Part shown: one piece after another, positions 37,284 through 46,942 of the stretch | How the letters are laid out: each line of letters begins with the position of its first letter | How positions within the stretch are numbered: the stretch's first letter is position 1 | From: Rickettsiales bacterium | GTDB lineage: Bacteria > Pseudomonadota > Alphaproteobacteria > Rickettsiales > SXRF01 | Direction: 5' to 3' | DNA: 64,000 nucleotides | Assembly: GCA_033762715.1 (NCBI GenBank) | Contig: JANRLL010000016.1 | Location: 26,029 to 90,028 of the forward strand | Program-made: the position numbers and the translations under genes | Notes under the pieces: generated by a model | The model's database searches: none | What the model was told of the DNA's origin: nothing | What the model saw: the letters and a program-made list of their open reading frames with translations, nothing else

Positions 37284-39032
37284 ATGCATGTGTTTAAAGG
37301 CATTGAGCGCACGTTGCATGGAGTCATTGAGCAGTTAGTTACTGAAAAGAAACTGCCTGGCCCGATTACGTGTGACAAAATTGAAGCCACTCCACCCAAA
37401 GACACCGCGCATGGTGATATTGCTACCAACGCAGCGCTAGTGATTGCCGCCCAAGTGGGCAAAAAACCCAAAGAAGTCGCTGATATTTTATTGCCGCTGA
37501 TCGCAGCGTTGCCCAACGTGGATGCGGCTGAGATTGCCGGCCCTGGCTTTATCAATATACGCTTGAAGCCTACCGTATGGCAAAACGCGGTTGCAACGAT
37601 TATCGCACAAGGCACGGGCTACGGCACTTCATCGGCCGGACAAAACCGCAAGGTTAATGTTGAATATGTATCGGCCAACCCCACCGGTCCTATGCATGTG
37701 GGACATGGGCGCGGCGCGGTGTTTGGCGATGCGCTGGCAAACATCATGGTCAAAGCCGGATATGACGTCACCCGCGAATATTATATCAATGATGCGGGCG
37801 GGCAGGTGGATAAGCTCGCTGACTCAGCATTTTTGCGTTACCGCGAGGCTTGTGGCGAAACCATCGGTGATATTCCAGAAGGCCTGTATCCTGGCGATTA
37901 CTTGGTGCCGGTTGGTGTGGCGCTCAAAGAAAAATACGGCAAAGAATTGCTGACTAAAGCACGTGAAGATTATCTGCCGCTGGTGCGCCGCCTGGCGCTT
38001 GATATGATGATGGAGCTGATTAAATCGGATCTGGCGATTATCGGCATTCACCATAATGTCTTCAGCTCCGAGCAAGCCGTGCGCGATGCCGGAAAAGTGG
38101 AAGAGGCGGTAGCGTTGCTGGAACAAAAAGGCCTGATTTATACCGGTGTGTTGGAGCCTCCTAAAGGCAAGCCGGCGCCGGAAGATTGGGAGCCGAAACC
38201 GCAGACCTTGTTCCGCTCGACGCAGTTTGGCGATGATATTGATCGCGCCATCAAAAAATCCGATGGCAGCTGGGCCTATATCACACCGGATATTGCTTAT
38301 CATTTCGATAAATGCCAACGCGGGTTCGATACGCTGATCGACGTGTTTGGCGCTGACCATGCAGGTTATGTGAAGCGCTTGAAAGCAGCAGTAAGCGCGC
38401 TGTCTGGCGGCAAAGTGCCGCTGGATATTAAGTTGTGCCAGCTGGTTAAATTCATGCGCCGCGGCGAGCCGCTTAAAATGTCCAAACGTGCCGGCACCTT
38501 TGTAACGGTGCGCGAAGTGGTCGACGAAGTGGGTAAGGATGTATTCCGCTTTATTATGCTCACACGCAAAAACGATGTGCCGCTGGATTTCGATTTTGAA
38601 AAAGTAATGGAACAGTCGAAAGACAATCCCGTATTTTATGTGCAATACGCCCATGCGCGCGCACATTCGATCCTGCGCAATGCGAAGCTTGATGTGCCGG
38701 CTGCTTTCGATGTGAAAGCCGGGCAGGCGGTGGCTAAGCTTTCCCATCCGGCCGAGCTGGAATTGATCCGTTTACTGTGCGGTTGGCCGCGTATGATTGA
38801 GTCTGCGGCTGCTGCTTTTGAGCCGCATCGCATTGCGTTTTACCTGCAAGAAGTGGCGGCTGCCTTTCATGGATTATGGAATTTAGGTAATGATGACTTA
38901 GGGCTTCGCTTTATCCAAAAACATGATATAGAGATTACGGCAGCTCGGTTATGCCTGGCTCGCGCTGTAGCAACAGTTATTGCTTCAGGACTACAAGTGT
39001 TGGGTGTTGAACCTCTGGAAGAAATGCGCTGA
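37284..39032 (+). CDS. argS: Arginyl-tRNA synthetase
   Basis: [24 protein letters not shown] and YVQYAHAR motifs. Confidence 0.97.
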   Translation: MHVFKGIERTLHGVIEQLVTEKKLPGPITCDKIEATPPKDTAHGDIATNAALVIAAQVGKKPKEVADILLPLIAALPNVDAAEIAGPGFINIRLKPTVWQNAVATIIAQGTGYGTSSAGQNRKVNVEYVSANPTGPMHVGHGRGAVFGDALANIMVKAGYDVTREYYINDAGGQVDKLADSAFLRYREACGETIGDIPEGLYPGDYLVPVGVALKEKYGKELLTKAREDYLPLVRRLALDMMMELIKSDLAIIGIHHNVFSSEQAVRDAGKVEEAVALLEQKGLIYTGVLEPPKGKPAPEDWEPKPQTLFRSTQFGDDIDRAIKKSDGSWAYITPDIAYHFDKCQRGFDTLIDVFGADHAGYVKRLKAAVSALSGGKVPLDIKLCQLVKFMRRGEPLKMSKRAGTFVTVREVVDEVGKDVFRFIMLTRKNDVPLDFDFEKVMEQSKDNPVFYVQYAHARAHSILRNAKLDVPAAFDVKAGQAVAKLSHPAELELIRLLCGWPRMIESAAAAFEPHRIAFYLQEVAAAFHGLWNLGNDDLGLRFIQKHDIEITAARLCLARAVATVIASGLQVLGVEPLEEMR

Positions 39033-40126
39033 TGGCTGATGAGTTTGAACGCATGGTAGATAAATATAAACAAGATGGCTCGGGTCCCGAGCTTCCCCGT
39101 TTCGTGCCGGTGGCAGTCGTGTTTGGCGCGATCGCTGGCTTCGCTTGGCTCGCATGGTATGCCTACCATAGCGGCGCCCAATCGTTGAACGAAGATAACC
39201 TTATTGTGATCGAAGCCGATAGCGTGCCGATCAAAGAAAAGCCCCTCGATCCAGGTGGCATGAAATTCCCTAACCAGGATAAAACCGTATTTGAGACCTT
39301 CTCGTCGAATAATCAGCCTCCGAAGGTTGAGCGTGTATTGCCGCCGCCGGAAGATCCGATGCCTAAAGGTGATGAGGATGCGGACACCAAAACCTGGGTG
39401 AACGACAAGCTGCAACAAAAAGAAAAAGTAGCGATCGATGAAGAGCGTGCGAAAAAAGTAGCAGAAGATGCCGTGCGTGCCTTTGAAGATGCTGCGAAAG
39501 CAGAAGAGGGTGAAGCCAAACAAGCAGCTTCTGATCCAAAAGCCAAAGCGGCTGCTAAAACGCCTGCTGAAAACAGCACCGGCACTATCCGCAAAGATAT
39601 GGATAGTTCGATTAAAACCTACACCGCTGAGAAAACGCCGGAGAAAATAGCTGAGAAAGCTGCAGAGAAGCCAGTTGAAAAACCAGCTGACAAGCCGGTA
39701 GAAAAACCAGTGGAAAAAGTTGCGGAAAAAGCCAAAGAAGCACCTGCGGCGAAAACCAAAGTGGCAACCAAGCCGGAAGCAAAACCAGCGAAGGAAGTGG
39801 CTGCTGAAGAACCAAGCGATGATGTAGTCGTGGCGGAAAAAGAAGAAAAACCTGCTGCGGCCCCTAAGGCTACTGCTTCAGGTGCAGCGGGTACGATGCT
39901 TCAGCTCGGTGCATGGCGCAGCGAAAAAGAATGCCGTGATGCGTTTGCCAGCCTGCAGAAAAAATACAAAGCGCTGGGTCAGAAAACGCCGGTGATTGTT
40001 AAAGCTGATCTGGGTGATAAAGGTATCTATTACCGTCTGCGTATCGGCGGCTTTGCCAACGCGCAGGATGCCAAAGCTTACTGCGCGACGCTGACGTCTA
40101 AAGGTATTTCGTGCAACCGAATCTAG
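39032..40126 (+). CDS. SPOR-domain cell-division protein (FtsN-like)
   Basis: N-terminal TM, long Glu/Lys/Pro linker, C-terminal LQLGAWRS...YYRLRIGGF SPOR domain. Conserved argS-SPOR-nagZ synteny. Confidence 0.88.
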   Translation: MADEFERMVDKYKQDGSGPELPRFVPVAVVFGAIAGFAWLAWYAYHSGAQSLNEDNLIVIEADSVPIKEKPLDPGGMKFPNQDKTVFETFSSNNQPPKVERVLPPPEDPMPKGDEDADTKTWVNDKLQQKEKVAIDEERAKKVAEDAVRAFEDAAKAEEGEAKQAASDPKAKAAAKTPAENSTGTIRKDMDSSIKTYTAEKTPEKIAEKAAEKPVEKPADKPVEKPVEKVAEKAKEAPAAKTKVATKPEAKPAKEVAAEEPSDDVVVAEKEEKPAAAPKATASGAAGTMLQLGAWRSEKECRDAFASLQKKYKALGQKTPVIVKADLGDKGIYYRLRIGGFANAQDAKAYCATLTSKGISCNRI

Positions 40127-41124
40127 CGGCGGCTATCTTTGGTATCAGCGGTACCGAGCTTTCTGGTGATGAGATGGACTTTTTTGCGGACGTCAATCCG
40201 TATGGGTTCATTTTATTTCAGCGCAATTGCGAATCCCCTAAACAAATTCAAAGCCTGATTGATGGCTTGCGCGATGTTACTGGCCGTGAGCGTTTGCCGA
40301 TTTTAATCGACCAAGAAGGCGGGCGCGTTGCGCGTCTTAAGCCGCCGCACTGGCCGGTTTATCCGCCAGCGAAAAAATTTGCTGATATGTATGCGCATTA
40401 TAAGCAACGTGCTTTGCGCGGTGCGTTTCTGACGGCGCGTCTTATTGCGCATGATCTCTATACGCTGGGTATTACGGTCGATTGTGCACCGGTTGCCGAT
40501 TTGAATGTGGATGGCGCGCATGATGTAATTGGTGATCGCGCGTACGGTAAAGATGCAAATCAGGTGGCGGCACTCGCGGGCGCTACCGCCAAAGGCTTGA
40601 TGGAAGGTGGCATCGTGCCGGTGCTCAAACATATCCCAGGCCATGGCCGTGCAACGGCCGATAGCCATTTGGAGTTGCCTTGCGTCGATGCGAAAACCGA
40701 GCTGTTGCGCAACACCGATTTTGTGCCCTTTAAAGCACTGGCAAATTTGCCAATGGCGATGACCGCGCATGTGCTCTATAGCGCCTTCGATGATAAATGC
40801 CTGGCTACGGTATCAAGGACGATGATCGATCTGATCCGCCGTGAAATCGGGTTTAATGGTTTGCTGATGTCGGATGATTTGTCGATGAAGGCGATGCAGG
40901 GTGATTTTACGCAGCGCACGCGCGATACGCTGAATGCGGGTTGTGATGTGGTGCTGCATTGCAATGGTAATTTTGATGAGATGCAAGCCGTGGCCGAAGG
41001 TCTTTCGCCACTGGCTGGTGTGCCGCTGACCCGTGCTAATCTCGCGATGAAATCGGTAGGCGATCCGCTGCCGATCGATATTAAAGCCGCACGCAAAGAG
41101 CTTGAGCATTTACTAGGAATGTAG
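40111..41124 (+). CDS. nagZ: Beta-N-acetylhexosaminidase (GH3)
   Basis: DQEGGRVARL, KHIPGHG..ADSH and MSDDLSM motifs. GTG start. Confidence 0.95.
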   Translation: MQPNLAAAIFGISGTELSGDEMDFFADVNPYGFILFQRNCESPKQIQSLIDGLRDVTGRERLPILIDQEGGRVARLKPPHWPVYPPAKKFADMYAHYKQRALRGAFLTARLIAHDLYTLGITVDCAPVADLNVDGAHDVIGDRAYGKDANQVAALAGATAKGLMEGGIVPVLKHIPGHGRATADSHLELPCVDAKTELLRNTDFVPFKALANLPMAMTAHVLYSAFDDKCLATVSRTMIDLIRREIGFNGLLMSDDLSMKAMQGDFTQRTRDTLNAGCDVVLHCNGNFDEMQAVAEGLSPLAGVPLTRANLAMKSVGDPLPIDIKAARKELEHLLGM

Positions 41125-41127
41125 GCC

Positions 41128-41799
41128 ATGCCGGAATGGGTGTTTGATGCCTCCAGTTGGATTATTCCTGTCATCTTAGCGGTCACGTTGCATGAGGCGG
41201 CGCATGGCTGGATGGCTGAGCGCTTTCATGACAACACCGCGCGTATTTTAGGCCGCGTTACCTTTAATCCCTTTAAGCATATCGACCGCTTCGGCACCAT
41301 TGTACTGCCTGGCTTGCTGCTTTTGATGCAATCGCCAGCGCTTTTTGGTTATGCCAAGCCGGTGCCGGTCAATTTTTCGCAATTGCGCCCTGCACGAGTT
41401 GGCATGTTTATGGTTGCGATTGCCGGTGTGCTGGTGAATTTTATTTTGGCCTTAATCAGCGCGTTTTTATTGCATATCGATGTGCTGCTGACGCCGGAAT
41501 GGACGCCCTGGGTGTTTCAAAATCTCTATAAATCCATCCTGATTAACTGTGCCTTGATCGTCTTTAATATGATCCCGATTCTGCCACTCGATGGCGGGCG
41601 GGCAGTGGATGCGTTGCTATCGGGCACGCCGCGCCGCCTATACCGTAAATTAGAGCGCTACGGCGTGATCATTGTCTTTGCCGTGGTGCTGCTGCCACCG
41701 CTGCTGGGGTCAGAGCTTTCGCAGCAATGGCTCGGAAAGCCTATATTCTTCTTATATACCCTTGTCTTACAATTAAGCGGCAATGGCAGTATCGGCTAA
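41128..41799 (+). CDS. Site-2 protease (M50) family metalloprotease
   Basis: HEAAH and NMIPILPLDG motifs. Confidence 0.92.
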   Translation: MPEWVFDASSWIIPVILAVTLHEAAHGWMAERFHDNTARILGRVTFNPFKHIDRFGTIVLPGLLLLMQSPALFGYAKPVPVNFSQLRPARVGMFMVAIAGVLVNFILALISAFLLHIDVLLTPEWTPWVFQNLYKSILINCALIVFNMIPILPLDGGRAVDALLSGTPRRLYRKLERYGVIIVFAVVLLPPLLGSELSQQWLGKPIFFLYTLVLQLSGNGSIG

Positions 41800-41864
41800 A
41801 ACCCGTCTTGCGCTTGAAGGCGCATGTGCTAGGCTGGCGCCAACTTATTGTAAGGAGAAATGCT

Positions 41865-42026
41865 ATGGGACTAAGTCTTTCACATCTACTACTTATTTTG
41901 CTGATTGTGCTGTTGGTGTTTGGCGCCGGCAAACTGCCTAAAGTCATGGGCGATATCGGCAAAGGCGTGCGCAGCATGCGTGATGGTTTAAAAGCCGACG
42001 ACGAAAAGCCTGAAGACAAAAAATAA
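41865..42026 (+). CDS. tatA: Twin-arginine translocase TatA
   Basis: LLVFGAGKLP..MGDIGKG motif, AAGGAG SD. Start adjusted to MGLSLSH. Confidence 0.92.
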   Translation: MGLSLSHLLLILLIVLLVFGAGKLPKVMGDIGKGVRSMRDGLKADDEKPEDKK

Positions 42027-42034
42027 TCTGACGG

Positions 42035-42325
42035 ATGTTTGATTTATCACTTTCAGAAATCATCCTGGTGGTAGCGGTTGCCGTTATTTTCATCGGTCCC
42101 AAAGAGCTGCCGGCTGTCATTCGCTCTTTTGTCAAATGCATGCGCAGCCTAAAAGCCATGGCCAGCGAGATTCGCCAAGCCTTTGACGAGGTAGCCAAAG
42201 AATCCGGCATTGATGATATTAAAAAAGAAATCGATCAGGAAGTGCGCCTCATCCAAGGCGATGACGGCTCGATGTATGAATCCTATCCCATTCCCGTAAG
42301 CGAGCCTGGTGATGACCGACGCTAG
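42035..42325 (+). CDS. tatB: Twin-arginine translocase TatB
   Basis: MFDLSLSEI...FIGPKELP motif. Confidence 0.9.
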   Translation: MFDLSLSEIILVVAVAVIFIGPKELPAVIRSFVKCMRSLKAMASEIRQAFDEVAKESGIDDIKKEIDQEVRLIQGDDGSMYESYPIPVSEPGDDRR

Positions 42326-43082
42326 CGCAGAGCTGCCTAAACAACCCATCATTGAGCATTTACTGGAGCTCAGGCGCCGGCTGGCGATTTGCTTGGTTGC
42401 TTTTTTGCTGACGACGGCGCTGTGCTATAGTTTCGCGCAGGAGATTTATGGGTTCTTGGTGGAACCGCTTGCTGCTGCCTTTCCCAATCCCGAGCATCGT
42501 CGCCTGATTTATACCAGCTTGATTGAAGCCTTCATGACCTATTTGAAGCTCTCCATCTTTGCTGGCTTCTTTTTGTCATTTCCGGTGATTGCCCATCAGT
42601 TTTATGGCTTCTTGGCACCAGGATTGTATCGCAAGGAAAGGCGCGCGCTCATCCCGTATTTGGTGGCAGCACCCATTATGTTTATCGCGGGCGCGGCCTT
42701 TGTGTATTATTTTATTTTTCCGGCGGCCTGGCATTTCTTCTTAGGCTTTGAAACCACCGATGGGGCGGGCGGGCTTGCCATTCAGCTAGAAGCAAAAGTA
42801 TCGGATTATCTAAGCCTGGTGATGCATTTGATCATGGCCTTTGGCCTGTCGTTTCAACTGCCGGTGGTGTTGGTGCTTTTGGTGCGCTCCGGCTTTATGC
42901 AGCTTTCCACTTTAAAGCGCGGCAGGCGTTATGCGATCGTGATTATCGTAACGGTTGCAGCTTTCATCACGCCTCCGGATGTGTTTAGCCAAATAGCGCT
43001 TTCCGTCCCGCTTTATCTGCTTTATGAAGTGTCTATTCTCTTATGTCGTAACGTAAAACCCGCAGAGCTTGACCATGCATGA
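42309..43082 (+). CDS. tatC: Twin-arginine translocase TatC
   Basis: EHLLELRRR, APGLY..E and ITPPDVFSQ motifs. Confidence 0.95.
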   Translation: MMTDASAELPKQPIIEHLLELRRRLAICLVAFLLTTALCYSFAQEIYGFLVEPLAAAFPNPEHRRLIYTSLIEAFMTYLKLSIFAGFFLSFPVIAHQFYGFLAPGLYRKERRALIPYLVAAPIMFIAGAAFVYYFIFPAAWHFFLGFETTDGAGGLAIQLEAKVSDYLSLVMHLIMAFGLSFQLPVVLVLLVRSGFMQLSTLKRGRRYAIVIIVTVAAFITPPDVFSQIALSVPLYLLYEVSILLCRNVKPAELDHA

Positions 43083-44337
43083 TATTAAATTGATTCGCAG
43101 CAATCCCGAAGCCTTTGATGAAGGCATGAAACGTCGTGGCCTGCCACCCAAATCGGCTGAGATTTTGAAGCTCGATGAAGAAAAGCGCAAACGTCAGACC
43201 GAGTTGCAAGAGCTGCTCTCTAAGCGCAACCAATTTGCCAAAGCCATCGGTGAAGCCAAGCGCAAGGGCGAGAATGCCGATGCCATCATGGAAGAGTCAA
43301 AGCGCAATAACGATGCGATTGCAACACTTGAAGCCAATTTGAATGAAGGCGGCGAACTGGAAACGCTGCTAGCATCATTGCCGAATATTCCAGCCGATGA
43401 TGTGCCGGTGGGGCCAGAAGAAACCGCTAATAAAATCGTGCGTACTCATGGCAAAAAGCCGGAACTGACTTTCAAGCCTAAAGAGCATTTTGAGCTTGGC
43501 GAACAATTAGGGCTGATGGATTTTGAAACAGCGGCCAAACTTTCCGGCGCACGTTTTGTATTGCTCTCGGGCGCATTGGCACGTTTAGAGCGCGCCTTGG
43601 CAAGTTTCTTTTTGGATAATAATATCGCAGCCGGCTATACCGAAATTATGCCGCCTTTTTTGGTGCGCGATAATGCTGTGTTTGGCACCGGACAATTGCC
43701 TAAATTCGGCGAAGATTTGTTTAAAACCACCAACGGCTTTTGGTTGATTCCCACTGCAGAAGTATCACTCACCAATATCGTGGCCGATTCGATTTTGGAT
43801 GAAGAGTCGCTGCCCCGCCGCTATACGGCCTACACGCCGTGCTTCCGCTCAGAGGCAGGCTCAGCCGGTAAAGACACGCGCGGTATGATCCGCCAGCATC
43901 AGTTCAGCAAAGTCGAGCTGGTGAGCATTACGCACCCCGATAAATCGGTGGAAGAGCATGAGCGCATGGTCGCCACGTCAGAATCGATTTTGCAAAAGTT
44001 GGGCTTGCATTACCAAGTGGTTCTGCTTTCGACCGAAGCCGGATTTTCCAACCAAAAAACCTATGACATCGAAGTTTGGTTGCCTGGCCAGAATAGCTAT
44101 CGCGAAATTTCCAGCTGCTCGAATTGCGGGGCATTCCAGGCACGCCGCATGAAAGCGCGTTTCAAAGCCAAAGGTGCCAAAGAAACCCAATTTGTGCATA
44201 CGCTCAACGGTTCGGGCTTGCCAATTGGCCGTACCATGGTTGCGATATTGGAAAATTATCAGCAAGCCGATGGCAGCATCGTCGTGCCGGAAGCGCTGCG
44301 CCCTTATATGGGCGGTCTTGACGTGATCAAGGCTTAA
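43069..44337 (+). CDS. serS: Seryl-tRNA synthetase
   Basis: LIPTAEV, CFRSEAGSAGKDTRG..RQHQF, EISSCS and HTLNGSG motifs. Confidence 0.97.
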   Translation: MTMHDIKLIRSNPEAFDEGMKRRGLPPKSAEILKLDEEKRKRQTELQELLSKRNQFAKAIGEAKRKGENADAIMEESKRNNDAIATLEANLNEGGELETLLASLPNIPADDVPVGPEETANKIVRTHGKKPELTFKPKEHFELGEQLGLMDFETAAKLSGARFVLLSGALARLERALASFFLDNNIAAGYTEIMPPFLVRDNAVFGTGQLPKFGEDLFKTTNGFWLIPTAEVSLTNIVADSILDEESLPRRYTAYTPCFRSEAGSAGKDTRGMIRQHQFSKVELVSITHPDKSVEEHERMVATSESILQKLGLHYQVVLLSTEAGFSNQKTYDIEVWLPGQNSYREISSCSNCGAFQARRMKARFKAKGAKETQFVHTLNGSGLPIGRTMVAILENYQQADGSIVVPEALRPYMGGLDVIKA

Positions 44338-44339
44338 GC

Positions 44340-45110
44340 ATGCGCATCCTGGTCACTAATGATGATGGTATTAATGCCGATGGGCTAGAAGCGCTGGAGC
44401 GCATCGCTAAAAAATTATCCAAAGATGTGTGGGTGGTAGCGCCCGAACAGGAGCAAAGCGGAGCAGGGCATTCGCTGACCTTGCATGTGCCGGTGCGTGT
44501 GCGCAAAATTGCTGCCAAACGTTTTGCCGTAAGCGGTACGCCGACCGATTGCGTGTTGCTGGCGCTCAAGCAAATCATGGGCAAGGCGCCGGACTTAGTG
44601 CTGTCGGGCATTAACCGCGGCTCGAATGTGGGCGATGATGTGACCTATTCTGGAACGATTGCTGCTGCTATGGAAGCGACGTTACTTGGCGTGCCTGCTA
44701 TTGCGCTTAGCCAGCTCTATGAGGATCGCGAAGAAGTCCCCTATACCACGGCGGAGCATTTTTCGCCTGCGCTTATTAAACAATTAGTGGCTGCGAATTG
44801 GGCTGAGCAAACGCTCATCAATATCAACTTTCCTAAATGCCCACGCACGAAAGTCAAAGGCATACGCGTCTGCCCGCAAGGCAAGCGCCTGGTGAATGTG
44901 GCGTTGTCAGAGCGTGTGGACCCGAAAGGACGTCCGTATTTCTGGCTGGGTGGTGCGCGTGATGATCGCTCGGACCGTGCTGGCGTCGATGTTGAATTGT
45001 TGGGCAAAGGCTATGTGACAGTGACACCACTTCGCATGGATTTGACCGATTATGAATCGATGGAAGTCATTCGCCAAGCAGTGACGGGACGAAAAACCCG
45101 TGCGTCTTAA
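44340..45110 (+). CDS. surE: 5'/3'-nucleotidase SurE
   Basis: ILVTNDDGI, SGTPTDCV, SGINRGSN and YSGTIAAA motifs. Confidence 0.97.
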   Translation: MRILVTNDDGINADGLEALERIAKKLSKDVWVVAPEQEQSGAGHSLTLHVPVRVRKIAAKRFAVSGTPTDCVLLALKQIMGKAPDLVLSGINRGSNVGDDVTYSGTIAAAMEATLLGVPAIALSQLYEDREEVPYTTAEHFSPALIKQLVAANWAEQTLININFPKCPRTKVKGIRVCPQGKRLVNVALSERVDPKGRPYFWLGGARDDRSDRAGVDVELLGKGYVTVTPLRMDLTDYESMEVIRQAVTGRKTRAS

Positions 45111-45127
45111 AGTTTCTTTAAGAAATA

Positions 45128-45859
45128 ATGCGTAGCGTCCGGCAAGTGACACAGCATATGACACAGCGTACCCAGTTTCATTTTACGCCTTATCCGCCCC
45201 TGTCGGATGAGGAGCTGTCCAATCGCCTGCGCCTATTGATGAGCCTGCGCTTGCGCGGTATCCAAGATACGGCGGTGCTATCGGCTATTGAACATACACC
45301 GCGTGAAATTTTTATCGAAGAGGCTTTCCGCGAACATGCTTATGACGATGTGGCGTTGCCGATTGCAGCCGGACAAACCATCAGCCAGCCAACCATTGTG
45401 GCTGCTATGACCTGCGCGCTGAATGTAAAGCCTGGTTTGCGCGTGCTCGAGATTGGCACCGGATCGGGCTACCAGACAGCGGTATTGGCAAGACTTTCGC
45501 GCCGCGTATATACCATCGAGCGTCACCGCGAACTTATGCGCTTAGCCGAAGAGCGTTTTGTCTATTTGAAACTCACCAATGTCGTCACCAAAATAGGCGA
45601 TGGCAGCAAAGGCTGGCGCGAAGCGGCACCCTTTGAACGCATTTTAGTGACTGCGGCTGCCCCTGAAATCCCGCAAGCCTTGCTCGATCAACTGGCGCCA
45701 GACGGTATTATGGTGATTCCTATTGGCGATGCCAGCAGCGATCAATTTCTTATGAAAATACAAAAGGCTAGTGATGGAACGCTCAGCAAAGAGCGGCTAA
45801 TGGGCGTACGTTTTGTTCCGTTAGTGGAAGGAAAAACCCCGCAAGAGGCCGCAGTTTAG
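45128..45859 (+). CDS. pcm: Protein-L-isoaspartate O-methyltransferase
   Basis: GQTISQP, VLEIGTGSGYQ and APFERILVTAA motifs. Confidence 0.95.
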   Translation: MRSVRQVTQHMTQRTQFHFTPYPPLSDEELSNRLRLLMSLRLRGIQDTAVLSAIEHTPREIFIEEAFREHAYDDVALPIAAGQTISQPTIVAAMTCALNVKPGLRVLEIGTGSGYQTAVLARLSRRVYTIERHRELMRLAEERFVYLKLTNVVTKIGDGSKGWREAAPFERILVTAAAPEIPQALLDQLAPDGIMVIPIGDASSDQFLMKIQKASDGTLSKERLMGVRFVPLVEGKTPQEAAV

Positions 45860-45929
45860 AAGGCCGTTCACGCTTTATTAACGCAAATAATGTAATTCTC
45901 AGGGTGTATTCACAGCACGCCGAGGTTTT

Positions 45930-46880
45930 ATGTCACGCTTGATAAGTAGCGTTTCGCTGGTTGCTTCTCTTCTTTTCACCGCTGCCTGCACACAACCGGC
46001 AGCGCATGTTGAATTGCGTGGCCAAGAAACTTTTGGCCCAGGTTCTTCACGTTATGCAAAGACGGGAAATGGTCCGGTTCAAACACCATATAATCCGGAA
46101 ACCATCGTGGCGAGCTATTCTAAAGTTTCTTATCCAGCTGAGCAACGCTCCAACTCATCGGGCTCTAGCTACGCATCTGACGAAACCAGTCAGGATGCAG
46201 CAGTCAGTGCAGTAGGTGTCAGTGATTTATCGCCGCCGCAAAAAGCAGCGGAACCCGCCAAAACCGTAGTGATTGAAAAACCTAGCAGCCAAGCGGCAGA
46301 GCCTTCTGCGGTTGATTGGCCGGTTGATAAGCAAGCCAGTAGCGCAGCACCGGTGCAAAGCATCAATCCCTGGACCAAGAAACCACGCGACCTAAGCTCC
46401 GAAAAACCACAAGCGCAAAAAGCCGCATCGCCTGCTGTAGTGGCGTCGCGCAATGCCGTGAATCCGCTTACTACCTCAACACAAAAAGTAGCCTACATCT
46501 GGCCGGTGGAAAGTAAAAAACTGGCATCGGGCTATGGCGCGCAAGGTGCAGGCAAAGTCAATGATGGAGTGAATATTGTTGCAGCCAACGGCGAGCCAGT
46601 TTGGGCAGCCGCTGACGGCGAAGTGGTTTATGCCGACAATAGTTTGGAAAGCCACGGCAACATGATCATTATCAAACATCCCGGCGGAAAAACCACCTCC
46701 TATGCGCATTTGAGCAAAAACACGGTCGATAAATATGACCGCGTGAAACAAGGCGATATCATTGGTTATGTTGGCTCAAGCGGTCATGTTAAAAACGCGC
46801 AGCTTTACTTTGAAGTGCGTGATGGCAAGCAGCCGGTAGACCCTATGAAAGTGGTAAGCCGCGCGGTGGCTGGACTTTAA
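45930..46880 (+). CDS. NlpD-like M23/LytM lipoprotein
   Basis: Lipobox LFTAAC, C-terminal LytM (NDGVNI, YAHL, QLYFEVR; degenerate Zn ligands). Follows surE-pcm. Confidence 0.85.
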   Translation: MSRLISSVSLVASLLFTAACTQPAAHVELRGQETFGPGSSRYAKTGNGPVQTPYNPETIVASYSKVSYPAEQRSNSSGSSYASDETSQDAAVSAVGVSDLSPPQKAAEPAKTVVIEKPSSQAAEPSAVDWPVDKQASSAAPVQSINPWTKKPRDLSSEKPQAQKAASPAVVASRNAVNPLTTSTQKVAYIWPVESKKLASGYGAQGAGKVNDGVNIVAANGEPVWAAADGEVVYADNSLESHGNMIIIKHPGGKTTSYAHLSKNTVDKYDRVKQGDIIGYVGSSGHVKNAQLYFEVRDGKQPVDPMKVVSRAVAGL

Positions 46881-46942
46881 GCTCCCTCTTGTAATCGTTA
46901 ATAAGAATTAGTATTCTGGGCTCCTATCCAGGAGCATCCCGC

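Noticed and set aside
37824-38747. 307-aa antisense ORF inside argS (likewise 11570-12250, 38867-39523, 53039-53752 and many shorter ORFs in the track)
   Set aside because: They lie fully opposite well-supported genes, have no motifs, and are expected shadow ORFs from codon bias.
39620-39740. EKPV/EKAA 12-bp quasi-repeats in the SPOR linker, and the EKKDA x2 duplication in lptA (18362-18391)
   Set aside because: Ordinary low-complexity linkers, in frame, with no sign of contingency-locus behaviour or CRISPR structure.
45930-46880. NlpD-like protein apparently lacking LysM
   Set aside because: LysM-less, catalytically degenerate LytM factors are known in alphaproteobacteria, and absence of the domain cannot be confirmed without an HMM.
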